A stretch of DNA of 64,000 bases. Source: Macrostomum hystrix (lineage: Eukaryota > Animalia > Platyhelminthes). The stretch is from contig CATNEN010000029.1 of the NCBI GenBank assembly GCA_950097015.1, positions 3,844,001 through 3,908,000 of the forward strand, written 5' to 3'. A program made the translations under genes and the position numbers. This document shows, piece by piece, positions 1 through 19,290 of the stretch. Position 1 is the first letter of the stretch; each line of letters starts with the position of its first letter. The notes beneath the pieces are model-generated. The model saw nothing but the letters and a program-made list of their open reading frames with translations, ran no database searches and was not told the origin of the DNA.

Positions 1-46
1 AAGTTCCTAACTTTAGTAAGACTTTAGGTTGAGACACAGCTAAGGT

Positions 47-506
47 CTCCAGCTTCGGAAGATTCCAGCTCAGGAAGATTCCAGTTTGGGAAGATTCCAG
101 CTTAGGATGATTCCAGTTTGGGAAAATTCCAGCTTAGAAAGATTCCAGTTTGGAAGATTCCAGCTTAGGAAGATTCCAGCTTAGGAAGATTCCAGCTTAG
201 GAAGATTCCAGCTCAGGAAGATTCCAGTTTGGGAAGATTCCAGCTTAGGATGATTCCAGTTTGGGAAAATTCCAGCTTAGAAAGATTCCAGTTTGGAAGA
301 TTCCAGCTTAGGAAGATTCCAGCTTAGGAAGATTCCAGCTTAGGAAGATTCCAGCTCAGGAAGATTCCAGTTTGGGAAGATTCCAGCTTAGAAAGATTCC
401 AGTTTGGAAGATTCCAGCTTAGGAAGATTCCAGCTTAGGAAGATTCCAGCTTAGGATGATTCCAGCTTGGGAAGATTCCTGTTTAAGAAGATTCCAGCTT
501 AGGAAG
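47..506. repeat. 16-bp tandem minisatellite (GGAAGATTCCAGCTTA)
   Basis: Unit read directly; variants such as AGTTTGGGAAGA and GGATGA recur. Confidence 0.95.
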
Positions 507-1165
507 CTATCGGGACAGTTCGATCCAAAGAACTGCTGTGTGGGAGAAATTGTGGAAAGGAAGGAATGACTTGGCGCCGGAACTTCGACGCAAAGTTAGC
601 TAACTAAAATTGGGAGAGCGGGTCGAGGGCAGGGAGGAACTGCAGTTGCGAGTAACTCAGCCAAGGCAGGTGGCAGTCGGCGCGCATTTCTTATTCAATT
701 TCGGGCCCTCTGCGGGGGGCTGCCGCCAAAGGAGGGACGGATTGGCCCACGATCGATAAGGGGATAGTGGGGGAGGCAGGGACAGCAAATATAAGTTTCG
801 CATTTAATCGCTTACTCCTTCTCCTCGGCTACCCCCCCCCCCAGTGCCGCCCGAAGGCAAAGTGAATTTTCAGGCCGGGCCGCCCAGTTGACTAGAAGTT
901 CTTCATCAACTTCGTCTGAGTCTGCGGACGCCCCAGTTGGTCGCTATCAGCATCCCCAATCCTTCCCATCTCGCTTCTTCACCCTTGCTCGGACTCTATT
1001 GGCTATTGGCCATCTCAAACAGCCGCTCACTCATCTCAAATAGCTCAGGCTGGTGGCGGATTTGCTCAACTGGAACTGGGGCCGTTTTCTCTAGAAATAA
1101 ATAATACTTGGGACAGAAACTGTAGGACACAGGCAAAGAGCGGACACGGGTCAACGGCTGCGGCA

Positions 1166-7635
<6,470 letters not shown>

Positions 7636-7669
7636 GTGAGACTAAGCTATGAGGTTGCTAGTGTTAAGC

Positions 7670-7697
7670 TTAGGGTTAGGGTTAGGGTTAGGGTTAG
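7670..7697 (+). repeat. Interstitial (TTAGGG)4
   Basis: Four perfect telomere-type units. Confidence 0.9.
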
Positions 7698-8810
7698 TTT
7701 TGGGATAGGTGTAGCTTCATTAAATCTTCCTGACTAAATAAATTGCGCCAAAATTTTCCATCCACAGAGCCTAAGTAACGCCATTGACTACACAATGACC
7801 ATCGATTGGTTGTTTGCGTTTCAGCGCAAGAAAGCTCAAAAGAAATGCCCGATCAAGTTCATCTGGAGGCTGAAACCAGGACTATGATCTGAGGAATCAT
7901 TGTGCAGAGACTTTTCGTTGAGTGGACACTAGCCCTTTTGCTTTTTGTCTAGCAACCGTCCTCGGTCTCTGATCCCAAAGATATCTTCCATCTCCTGATC
8001 CCATAGCACTTGTCTCTCCCCTGATCCCATAACCTGTAAATATCCCATGATCCCAAACCTGTAAATATCCCATTATCGCAAACCTGTAAGTATCCCATGT
8101 TTCCAAACCTGCTGTCTCCCAGTTACCAGGTGGATTCGGTCTGGGAATCCCGATTCGAAATATTTAGTCCCAATAAGTAATTCTCTGATTCCCAACACCC
8201 AAGCATCCACTTTAATCTCTAAAACACTTTGTAGACCAAGTAATGTATTTTTGTTATTATGCTAACGGTGCATTTTCCTTCCAATGCCTCAAAATAGTTG
8301 TTTTACATGTACAAAACAATGTCCAAATGTTAAGCTACATAAATTAATAAATTTCCTTTTGAAAATAACTTTGATTTGCTAAGTCATTTATTTTGCTCTT
8401 CTTTCAGATCAATTTAAACCAAATAGAGAATTTCATTATTTAACAATAGAACCGATAGACAAAAAAGTTTCATTTCGTGAGATTTAGTACTACTTATTAC
8501 AAAGTAGTTTTTGCGCATCAATGAAAGTATGGAACGATGGATTAGTTCCGTCAATTAGCAGCACTGAAGCTTTAATAAAAATTTCTTTGATCCGAAGGAC
8601 AGCGTTGAGAAATAAAAAAAGAAAAATGATGGATAAGAATCAGTAAACTGCTCAAAATCTCATGGCAAGGTTGTCATAGGTACAATTTTAGGATTCCCTG
8701 GTTACGCTTGATTGGGAAACAAGTACAAAAATAAGTGTTTGACGGCAAAATTAGATTGATTCTAGCTTCTGAGTGCAGCTGCTCAACGAATTTCTGGCGG
8801 CTACTCAAAG

Positions 8811-9787
8811 TATTGGTTTTTGCATGCTAAGTGAGCCTGTTTTCTAGCAATCTGGGACTAAGCATAGCAAAAATGCGTTATAGTCTATGGCCAACCCTCG
8901 CCTCAGCAGGCAAAGTGAGAATTTTTTAAAGCTAGGTAAGAAAATTCAAATTTTTGAATTCCAAAATGCTGAATCTTAACAAGATGAAACAAAGAGATGA
9001 GACAGAGGAGAGATGAGACAGAAGAGATGAGACAGAGAAGAGATGAGACACACGATAGACGAGACAGGGGAGGGATGAGACAGAGAAGAGTGAGACAGGG
9101 AGAGATGAGACCGAGGAGTGATGAGACAGAGAAGAGTGAGACAGAAGAGATGAGACAGAGAAGAGATGAGACAGAGGAGTGATGAGACAGAAGAGATGAG
9201 ACAGAAGAGATGAGACAGAAGAGATGAGACAGAGAAGAGATTAGACAGAGAAGAGATGAGACAGAGGAGTGATGAGACAGAGAAGAGATGAGACAGAGAA
9301 TAAATGAGACAGAGAAGAGATGAGACAGAGGAGAGATGAGACAGAAGAGATGAGACAGAGAAGAAATGAGACAGAGAAGAGATGAGACACACGATAGACG
9401 AGACAGGGGAGGGATGAGACAGAGAAGAGTGAGACAGGGAGAGATGAGACCGAGGAGTGATGAGACAGAGAAGAGTGAGACAGGGAGAGATGAGACCGAG
9501 GAGAGGATGAGACTCTCCATCTCCAGATGAGAGAGATGTGACTGGATGATATAGGTGTTGGAAGGGGCAACGGAACGGATGTGGGACCTTCGAGGGCCGC
9601 ATCTGGGCCGCGGGCTATTTCAACTGTACATCATTATCGAATTTTGTTAAAAACCGCATTTAATTTCGTTAAATCACTTGTTTCTCACTTGACTTGCTAG
9701 GATGATAGGCTGAGACGAGGGTTGGCCATAGACTATAAAGTCACAGATTGCTAGAAAAAAGTCTTACTTAGCATACAAAAACCAATA
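8811..9787. mobile_element. Fold-back/MITE-like unit: inverted arms 8811-8907 and 9709-9787 around an AG-rich satellite
   Basis: The right arm reverse complement aligns to the left arm with a few substitutions and one ~19-bp indel. No TSD found. Confidence 0.6.
8990..9520. repeat. AG-rich degenerate satellite (GAGATGAGACAGA..)
   Basis: Direct reading; a ~100-bp block is repeated at ~9043 and ~9380. Confidence 0.9.
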
Positions 9788-9939
9788 TGAAGTGTCTTGC
9801 ATAGGTGTCTACTCTCTATTTAGACATCTCTATATATATCTATGGACTCACTGCGCCTGATAAAGCTCATCTATAGTTCCATCGCTACTATCGGTTCAGG
9901 CCAGGTCAAATTGCGGCAATTGCCTAGCTACCAATGTGA

Positions 9940-11172
9940 TCAAGCCTGATTAACGCAAACTCTCTTAACAGCCAAGCGCAGTTTTTTGTCCTTCTGGTCA
10001 GTGAGCTCGATGACATCGACATTGCCGTCGCCACCGGCCAGCTGCTGCAGCTGGGCTAGGCAGGTGTGCCGGCTGCCCAGCAGTCGATGAGAGCCCCGGG
10101 AGCCGCGGCGCCAGCATTCGAGCCGCAGCAGGCGGGTGGGATCGCCGCGGCACAGGGTGAACAGGGACATGTTGGCCGCCTGGAAGCTGCCGGTGTTCGT
10201 CTGGTCGCTGCGGTGCGCCAAGCTGTAGGCGGCCGAACAGACCCGGCCGTAGTCCGCCAGCGTCGCCGCGTGGTCGGCCCGATGGATTTCTAAAAAAGTC
10301 GGACTGCCCTTCAAGCCGTCGGCGTCGCTGCAGGCTTCGAATTCCATGGACACAACGCCGTCTAGCTTGACGTCGTAGAGGGTCGTCTTCAGGGTGACGA
10401 GGCCACAGTCCTTGCCTAGGCTGGCTGTGAACACCGGGCTGGTCACGATATCCGACAGGTGAAAGTCTGCGCGGCCTGCGGTGCATTAAATATGTTTGCC
10501 GATGTGCATGCCCATTTGGCTACTCACAGTAGAATATTAGCGTTAGGGAAGATAAAAACCTTGAAGATCGGAGTCAAGCAGCACGGATCGTTTATTGTTC
10601 CTGATATTTCTTGACTCCAAGTCCTGCCCTACTGGTGGCTGTATTTCTCCGTCAACAACGATCGACGACTGTCGGCTTTGCAGCCAAAGAGCGAGACTTC
10701 TGCCAGAGGAGAGGTGAGGTACATGGGAGACAGAGGGGAGGTGAGACAGAGGGGAGATTACAGATGAGGCAAGGAGGGGTACGTTCTGCTAGGGGCATGG
10801 CGAGCTATGCGGTTTTCGGTTGCTGACCCTTCCTATAGGGGCTTCTAGACTATGCACCATGGAGGCGCTCCCGACCAAGACCGGCTCCTCACCAATGAAC
10901 TCCTGCTCAGCAATCTTGTCCAAGTCCTGAAAGTTGTCAATGTCCACCACAGCCACGCGCAGTTTGGGATTCTGATCCTGGCCAGCGGAGAGGCGAAATT
11001 TTCTAGCGAACTGCGGACTCAAGCAGTCCTTGATGAGCTCGGTCTTGCCCAGCTCCACGAAGCGCTTCGAGTTGGGCACATTCTCCAGAAGAATCAAGAC
11101 CGGGTCTGACTTGCTAAACAGGTCTTTGTCCGCCAGGTCTTTGCAGCTCACAGCCACCTCGAAGTCGGGCAT
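9940..11172 (-). CDS. Copine-like tandem C2-domain protein (271 aa); exons 11172-10893 and 10475-9940
   Basis: VSCKDLADKDLFSKSDP..GKTELIKDCLSPQF..VVDID..QEFIG|RADFHLSDIV matches copine C2A. Phase-1 GT-AG intron; a degenerate second C2 is followed by a stop. Confidence 0.85.
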
Positions 11173-11417
11173 GGCTAAAATCTGCTAAAAGTGTTTGATA
11201 GGTCAGGTGTAAGATCGTTGCAGATCGAAATTTGGCTTTGTATCAAAGTTTGAGACTTGGTGTGATTACAGGGCATTTACGAATTAAACTTCCAAGAACG
11301 CCAGAACGAAGTGAATCGGCTTCTTATTCTTATTTGATACTGACACTGCCAGCAACGGAGAGGAGAGCCTGGTGGGGCTGCGACCACAAGAGGCTCTGCT
11401 GTATTCGGAATGGCAGA

Positions 11418-12329
11418 CAGACATCACTGTCGCAGACATCACTGTCGCAAACATCACTGTCGCAAACATCACTGTCGCAGACATCACTGTCGCAAACATC
11501 ACTGTCGCAGACATCACTGTCGCAGACATCACTGTCGCAGACATCACTGTCGCAGACATCACTGTCGCAGACATCACTGTCCCAGACATCACTGTCCCAG
11601 ACATCACTGTCGCAGACATCACTGTCGCAGACATCACTGTCGCAGACATCACTGTCCCAGACATCACTGTCCCAGACATCACTGTCCCAGACATCACTGT
11701 CGCAGACATCACTGTCGCAGACATCACTGTCGCAGACACCACTGTCGCAGACATCACTGTCGCAGACATCACTGTCGCAGACATCACTGTCGCAGACATC
11801 ACTGTCGCAGACATCACTGTCGCAAACATCACTGTCGCAGACATCACTGTCGCAAACATCACTGTCGCAGACATCACTGTCGCAGACATCACTGTCGCAG
11901 ACATCACTGTCCCAGACATCACTGTCGCAGACATCACTGTCGCAGACATCACTGTCGCAGACATCACTGTCGCAGACATCACTGTCGCAGACATCACTGT
12001 CGCAGACATCACTGTCGCAGACATCACTGTCGCAGACACCACTGTCGCAGACATTACTGTCGCAGACATCACTGTCGCAGACATCACTGTCGCAGACATC
12101 ACTGTCGCAGACATCACTGTCGCAGACATCACTGTCGCAAACATCACTGTCGCAGACATCACTGTCGCAGACATCACTGTCGCAGACACCACTGTCGCAG
12201 ACATCACTGTCGCAGACATCACTGTCGCAGACATCACTGTCCCAGACATCACTGTCGCAGACATCACTGTCGCAGACATCACTGTCGCAGACATCACTGT
12301 CGCAGAAATCACTTTCTGTGACATCACTG
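11418..12329. repeat. 15-bp minisatellite (CAGACATCACTGTCG)
   Basis: About 60 copies; all long ORFs here are repeat-derived. Confidence 0.98.
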
Positions 12330-13099
12330 GTCTCGGACATCAGAAACGGCTTAGTGAGTTACCTCGTGCCCTTTGTTTCGTCTTCCAGTCAAGAACAGTT
12401 GTCAAGTACTCAAATATCGTCGATATCGGCGAATATACGCAAGGAACGGTCTCGACAACAAAATACTGACACAGAAGCAAATCATGCGCAGAGATTCCGA
12501 AGTTGGTCGATCAGCACTTAAAGCCAGTGCACTGTTGCAGACTGTACAACTATAGACTTTGCTCTGAGGAATAGAATGCCCCCAACTAAAACTAGGCAGA
12601 CAACAGAGAGGAATGTACGGCAACCCCTGCAGCGAAATAAAATGGCGGGACAGAACAGAAGGTCGCGGGCACACAGGCGATTGGTCCACCTCTCTCTCTC
12701 TCTCTGCCTCTTCGAAATGAAGTGACGCCTGTGCAGTGTGCGCACTTTTTTGGTTCGCTCTCTCTTCCGCTTTGCTTTGGTCGTATTCGGCTGTATGTAG
12801 ATTTTCTCACCAAGATTCTGTTCCCCGGCTAAAAAACTGCCTTGACATTGCGTGCGGCGCGAACGAACCTCCGCAGCCGCATGCAACCCAATCATCACTT
12901 TGCTATCGATACATTGTACAAAGAATCGGTTGTATTTACACAGAATCTAATACCTCAGAAGCCAATTATTTGCTTCGCAACTATAGAGTTCTGGGACAAA
13001 ATCTACCTGTTGGACAGGTTTAGATAAGCGAGCTGGTATATGTTTTACTATCCCACTATAGGCAATAGCTGAAACACTGACTGCAGGAAGACAAATATA

Positions 13100-13423
13100 G
13101 GCATAATTTTTCTGCTCTCTAAATTTCATTGTAGCTCGTATAACCATCGAATTATTTTTTATATTTTATTGATTATGTTTTTACTTTTTTATTGAACTAA
13201 TATGGATCCACCATAGAGGATTATACAGAGCAATTTTAGTTGTCCTTGTACCCAGGGGTCTTCGGCAAGAATTGCTGAATATCTTGACGATGCTGACGTC
13301 GGACGGCTTTGAAAGTGAAAGATCAATATGGTCGACTTTCATGAAAGACACGTCATTCGGTTAGGGAGCTATCGTCAAGTAGGTAGTGTGTATTATTTTA
13401 CCTCCCCGTGGTCTTTCTACTGT
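13100..13423. mobile_element. Diverged partial copy of the TIR element at 16611-17182
   Basis: Shares ATGGATCCA.CATAGAGG, TCTTCG.CAAGAAT.GCTGAATATCT and GCTGACGTCGGACGGCTTT, and ends in GGTCTTTCTACTGT. Confidence 0.7.
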
Positions 13424-14096
13424 TAGGGCGCATGCAAAAATTGTCAGGGGGGTTCTACTCCCCTTGATCTACTTGTTCTACTTGTTCTACTTGTTCTACT
13501 CCCCTACAGCTCGTACAGTTAAGGTAGCTCTTTCACTGGCGCAGCTGTGGCAGTTGTTCAGCTTGCACCGACCCAAAATTAAACTTCAAAGAATGTGCTA
13601 CTATAAAATAATGTCAATGAAGCTGCCTTTCTGTTTTTCAAGGTCACTGATATTAATTTTCTTCCCTGCACCGAATGACTATCATTAAGTGGAAGAGACG
13701 GAATGCAAGGAAAAGTGAATTAATTTTTGTTTGCACAGACAAAATCGAAAAATTGAATTTGACTCAGCTGAATGAGTTAACAGAAAAGGATAAATTCTGG
13801 ACTGGGAATGACAAAAATAAAATCGAGAATGCAAGCAAGAACCCATGAGGTTTCAGGTTGCAGTTCTGAAATAAAAAGCGACTGAGAATTAAAAGGGGCT
13901 CTAATGTACAGCAGGTGCTACTCTACGAGTAGTCGGCGCGTATTATGCGTGTGCAATTTACCTCATCTTTAATTAAAAAGGCGCACAAAGGTAAACCGAA
14001 CAAGTCCACCAATGAAAAGAAATTAGGGCTGCAGTTTTCATCAGAAAAAAGTGCAATTCGAAGAGCAAAATCAATTTTCTCTGTCGTGCATCGAGC

Positions 14097-17000
14097 TCAG
14101 TCTTCCTCGTCATCTTCCTCTTCCTCCTCCATTTCAAAGAGTTCTTCCTGGTCTTCCAGCATGGACAGCGAGAGACGGTTGGCCTTGAGTGCCTCCTTGG
14201 AGTACTCGCAGAGCTTGTACTTGATGCGCAGCTTCACCAGACATTTCTCAACTGTCGTGCGCCGCTGCACGTGACTAGTGATGTACTGCAGATCGGCGGC
14301 TCGCATCTCCTCCAGCTCCTTCTCTGGCTGCTGCTGCTCCAGCTGCAGTTGTAGGCTGGAATTCGACTCTTTGAAGCAGGCCGCTATGCAGCGTCTGATG
14401 ATCCACCAGATGCCCCTAGCAATGGCCAGTGTAGTCTGCGGCAGCGGGGTGAGCAGGTTCAGAGGTATCGGCAGCACGAGGCTGTGGTATGGCCGCAGTA
14501 GAATCAGCTTCAGTTGTCGCCGCATTCTGCCAAACAGCCACTTGTCGTTCTTGTTGGCCTGGATGTCCTCGAAGGTGACGGACATGAGTGCTATCAGCAG
14601 GTTGACTGCGACCACACTGGCTATCAGGATGTATCCGCCGAATAAAAAGAGGCCTGCAAATATTTACAGTATGCTTTCCTGAATATAAATCGTATCGCTT
14701 CTAACATTAAACAGACAGACGCTCGTGCAAGTGTTAGCTTCTTCCTAGCGAGAGTTCCTGCGAAATTCAGGTAATAAATGTCTCTAATTTGAAAGCTTAC
14801 CAAAGTTCGACACGAACTGCGTCACGGAATCCCTTGACAGTTTGTTGCTGGTCAGCTGATATGCGGTGATGTCGCTCATTGCGTAGATGCCCCAGTATAA
14901 AACGTTTGTAGTGTTTGGGAAACTGTCGAAAGGTGTGGTATTGCAGCGGAAATTCTGGTACATCGTGGTCAACGCGGAGCCGAAGCCGAGCAGAACAAGC
15001 GCCATGAACACAAAGAACTGGCCAATGTCCTTGAACATTTTCTGCACAGTGAAGGTGAGCACTCCTGTGATCTTGTGCATTTCAAAGGCGTTGCCCAAGC
15101 TGAGGAACAGCAGTAGGTGACCGATGGATAGCAAGCTGCTGCCCAGCCGCTCAGGCACTGTCCACTCGGCGATGTAGCGAATCTGGCTGTCGGTCATGCA
15201 CGTGTGCAGCTGACAGATCTCCTGACCCTCTATTAAGCATGAGTGATTTGAAACGCGGGTGTTAAGAAAGTATTACTTGTTAGCTTTAATAATAATAATA
15301 ACAAAAATAATTGCAGGAGGGCTGCAGGCAAAAGCACACCATTCGGTGACAGTAGAAGCGCAGCCAGCGGAGACAATTCTGCCCATTTTGCTTTCTCCTG
15401 AGCACACACTCACACAGATACCGTACGCAGGCACACACTCACAAAGTTGTGTACATCTGCCCTGAATTTCTCATCGTCGTTGCAATGTACACTCTCAATG
15501 TGCCTTGGAGAGTTGGCCCTCTATGGCATAAATTGCAGGCACGCCCCCAAAAGCCTTTCCACCATGGCTGCGCCCCAAATTAATGTGGCTTCGCCGCGGA
15601 ATCGAGTTCAGGAACTTTGGTGCGAAAGGTAAACGCGTTAACGTTCTGTTATGTACTCACCCACTGCTCGTTAAGTATGTACTTGCAAGTACCTCGTATT
15701 TAGGGCGTACAATATTGAAAGTAGAAGAAAAAATAAACAACCATTTAACTTACGAGGGTAGGTAGCGTTGGGCACATTGCACAGATTGCGAACAGCTTCC
15801 TGCACAACAGGATCAGTGGGGTGGTTGTTGCGCACTCGAGTGACACCAGTGAGTAGCGTGACGACTCCAGCCAATTGGAAGGCGTTACTAATCGACAGGC
15901 ACCTGTCGAACATGTTGATGTGATTGAGTCCCGGCCCAAGCCAGAACATGTCGTAGGCCTCGCGACAAATGCGACCGAGGATAAAAGATGACATAATACT
16001 GTATGACGCGTACACAGCTGCCATGCTTCCTGCCGTCCAATCGGAGCAAAGGTTGCTCGAGCTGGACAGATTCTGCAACACAGTGACAAGAACGCTAGCA
16101 ACGTTTGCGTAGGTGGAGATGAGCTCAAGAACAGAAGCCACCGGTCTGGCCTTGATCAGACCGACCAGTTTTGGGTGCGGAAAAAGAATCACTAGAGGCG
16201 AGATTATGGCAAAGCAGAACAGAGACGTCAGGTACAACAGCATGGATTGCAGCATTGGCGAGTGGATGCGCTGCAGCCAGGGCAGGTCGTACATCCACAC
16301 GTTGTTGACGAGGCTCTGAGTGGCCCTGTGGACGGCTGGGCTGCGCAGCTTCATTTCCAGGAACAGCTGCACCCGGCCGAGGCGCGGCTCGAAGTTCTCC
16401 AGGCCCTGTAGGAGGCCGTGATCGATCTCGTCTATTAGTACCGTCTGGACCTCTTCGTAGTTCTCGCAGCAGTCCATCAGGGCGCTGATGCTGTTCTCCA
16501 CGCATTTGCGGAGCAGCCTGCAAAATGCGGTTAAATGACAATGATAGGACTCCACGAACTCATAAAGCCCGCGGATATTCTTTAAATTTATGAATGTTTT
16601 GCATACTTAAACAGTAGAAAGACACCGGAGGTGTATTTCAATACCCCATATTGCTATTCTTTCTAAACGCGCCGTATCTCCTAAAATATTCAACCAATCG
16701 CCATGAAAATCCGGAGCACGGGCTAACATTTTACGCCTTATCCAATTAAACAACTTCCAGAATAACAAAACGTCAGCATCGTCGAGATATTCAACGTTTC
16801 TGGTCACGGTGTCTGGTGACAAAAACCAAAAAGGAAAATGTAATGTTTCTGCAAACAAAATTTCATGATTAACCATGTTTGCTATAATTTTTGATCAAAT
16901 TCTATTGATTATATTGTTAATCTTTCATTGCACCAACATGGATCCATCATAGAGGTTTATACAGAGTAATGTTCACCAGGGTCTTCGACAAGAATCGCTG

Positions 17001-18011
17001 AATATCTCGACAAAGCTGACGTCGGACGGCTTTAAAAGTTCATCGTAAAGGGCGGTCAAAGTGTTAATCCATATGGTGGACTTTCACGAAAACCGGTCGT
17101 TCGGTTCGGCTACCGTGAAGTAGGCAGTGGTAGTTTAAATTCGTCTATGGTCTTTCCCCAGGGAGCGTGGTCTTTCTACTGTTAATAATGTAGGCTTTTT
17201 TTCTCGAATGGTATACTGCGGTTTGCTTAATATTCGTATTAGATTACCTTTCTGCATTTCGTAGCAGTCCATGGACTGGGGATCATACTCTAATCAAATT
17301 TCTACCCCAGCTGATGCTGGTATCCATTTTACAGATGGACTGACCTAAAGTAATAGGGATTCAAGTGTATTGCTCAGAGGCACAAACTACTTCGATTAAT
17401 TGGGCTGAGATTTGAAAGCTCTAACCATTTGGCTAAACGATACCTGGGTGTCAAGTAACTCTTTAGCGTGTATGCGAGTGTTTGAGTTAGACACTACAGA
17501 TTTTCCTTTAAAGCACTATGCTAAATTAGTATTTATCCCCTGTTTGTGCTAAGTGAATCACAATTATAATAAAAACAATTTACCTAAAGTGGCTTCGACT
17601 GTGTCGCATAAGAGTATAGCGCAACTCAGCGATGCGTCGAAAGCACTCCAGATAGTAGTCCAGTGGATCCACGTTCAATGAGAAGATGTATATTGGTGAC
17701 ACCAAAGCCATAAGCACTCGACGCGTGTAGACCTGCGCGAAGCGCCTATCATTATTGAGTAGGATGCAGAGCTGGCAGACGCACGAGGAAGGATGCGGCA
17801 TCGGTATGCGCATCGATCGCTCGTGAATGAGGTAGGCAACAACGTCTGGCTTCTTCCATAAGACAGCATACACCAATGGACTGTCCAGGCAATCTTCCTG
17901 ACCAAGTGATGGCGTTATGGTGTGCGTCTCGAACCAGCTGCGCACCTTGGCCACTCGGTTTTTACGGATGTTAAACCGCAGCTCAAGGTCGAACTGGCTC
18001 GCTGTTGTCAT
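14097..18011 (-). CDS. TRPC-like transient receptor potential cation channel (~725 aa); exons 18011-17584, 16517-15754, 15229-14801, 14653-14097
   Basis: Ankyrin-like SPLVYAV, TRPC zinc motif PHPSSCVCQLC, pore-helix VLYWGIY, S6 VAVNLLIALMS and TRP-box-like KWLFGR. All intron phases are compatible. The frame is open upstream of ATG 18011, so the start is uncertain. Confidence 0.88.
16611..17182. mobile_element. 572-bp TIR element, TAA TSD (PIF/Harbinger-like MITE)
   Basis: ACAGTAGAAAGAC at 16611 and its reverse complement GTCTTTCTACTGT ending at 17182; TAA on both flanks. Confidence 0.7.
17262..17435 (-). mobile_element. Degenerate SINE remnant related to the SINE at 29033-29335
   Basis: CAGTCCATGGACTGGGG..CCAGCTGATGC is the reverse complement of the SINE body; an A-box-like TAGCCAAATGGTTAGAGC lies on the minus strand. 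Confidence 0.6.
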
Positions 18012-18771
18012 GCCGATAGCTAGCTTCCTAGCTGCTTCAAACAGGGCAGATTCAGTTTGACAGAATATCGACTTTCTGGCTTGGCTTCCTGGCCAAGGAT
18101 ATGCAGTCCTCTCTGTATATCGTTTTTACAATCGACCCCCACCCTGACTGTACAGTCCAGTGTGCAACACTTCAACCTCTTCCCTAGTAGCACCCTAAAA
18201 CCCTAGTTCGCCTATTCTCTAGCGCTATAGGGATTCGAGAGAAGAATTGAGGAAAAAGTCGGTGCAGATTTCACGCGGGGCGCTAAGACGGTCAGTTAGG
18301 TAGATTTCTTCCCGATTCTTTCTGACTAAAGCAAATAAGTATATGAGTACCATGTGCACAAACATGTATCGCCTAAACTGCGTTCTCAAATGAAAATGAA
18401 AAAACTTTAATTTTAAAGGGAAGTTACAACAGAACACAACACAACACAACATGCGATACTGTAAAGCGACATAACAAAAGGCGGCGCATATCACTCTTGG
18501 ACAATATCCTAGCCTAGCCAATGAGCACGGGTGAGCTAAACTAGTGCAGTCAACTGCGTGTGCACATAAAACACTCTTTACGTACACTGATACGAAGTGT
18601 ACACTTAACACAAGCTGCCTCCGCACAGAACCTCCCTTTCTTTCCCAGGGGTTCAGAGGGCAATTTTAAAAGTAAGTTCTATGAGCTATATAAAGCTACA
18701 AGACTGTCGGACCACCAGCAGAGCGAATCTATTATCGAGGCACCCGAACCGCAAGCGACAAGTCCACTAAA

Positions 18772-19290
18772 ATGGAGCGTTATTGGGACGCGTTCTTTGC
18801 CTTGTACTTTATAATCCACATTCCAATCCTGTTGCTGTTTGATGCTCAGATTGTACTTCCAGCGTGGCTATTCCCTGACGTCCTCCGAAGCATGACTTTG
18901 GAGTACGGACGCCAGTTCAAGGACAGCATGGTTTTGAAGCCACCGGCCTGGTACAAAAGCCTCTGCGTGTGCGAGGTCACTCTACAGGCGCCTCTAATAT
19001 TCCTGTGCACCTACGCATTCGTTGTCGGCGGTCGCAGGTGGATTCGTATTCCGGCGATCATCTATGGAACCCATGTGGCCACGACCCTTATCCCAATATT
19101 GGCTCACATTGCCTTCCACAATTTCGCTGGAGAAACACCCGAGGGACCTGAGACGCTGGAGGACAGACTCAAGGTGGCTGGAGTCTATCTACCGTGGTTT
19201 ATTTGGCCGGCCCTGCTGGTCTGGCGCATGTCTGTCAGCCCTTTCTACTCTGGTCGCGGAGGTTCCTCGACCAAGCAAAAGGCTCAATAG
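18772..19290 (+). CDS. TMEM97: Sigma-2 receptor/TMEM97 (EXPERA domain), 172 aa, intronless
   Basis: YFIIHIPILLLFDAQ, FKD..PPAWYKS..CE..Q, WIRIPAIIYGTH and YLPW..P motifs. Confidence 0.9.
   Translation: MERYWDAFFALYFIIHIPILLLFDAQIVLPAWLFPDVLRSMTLEYGRQFKDSMVLKPPAWYKSLCVCEVTLQAPLIFLCTYAFVVGGRRWIRIPAIIYGTHVATTLIPILAHIAFHNFAGETPEGPETLEDRLKVAGVYLPWFIWPALLVWRMSVSPFYSGRGGSSTKQKAQ

Noticed and set aside
47-506. Array of NF-kB-like sites (GGGAAGATTCC, GGGAAAATTCC)
   Set aside because: Motif similarity in a minisatellite only, with no supporting context.
7670-7697. Telomere or telomeric insertion target
   Set aside because: Only four units, intronic, and not adjacent to the LINE array.
11232-12521. 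Long ORFs in many frames (QTSLS, ADITV, CDSDV, RRHHC; likewise RGFPVSV, RV, SQIVNT, YSQLGI elsewhere)
   Set aside because: They are translations of stop-free tandem repeats, not genes.
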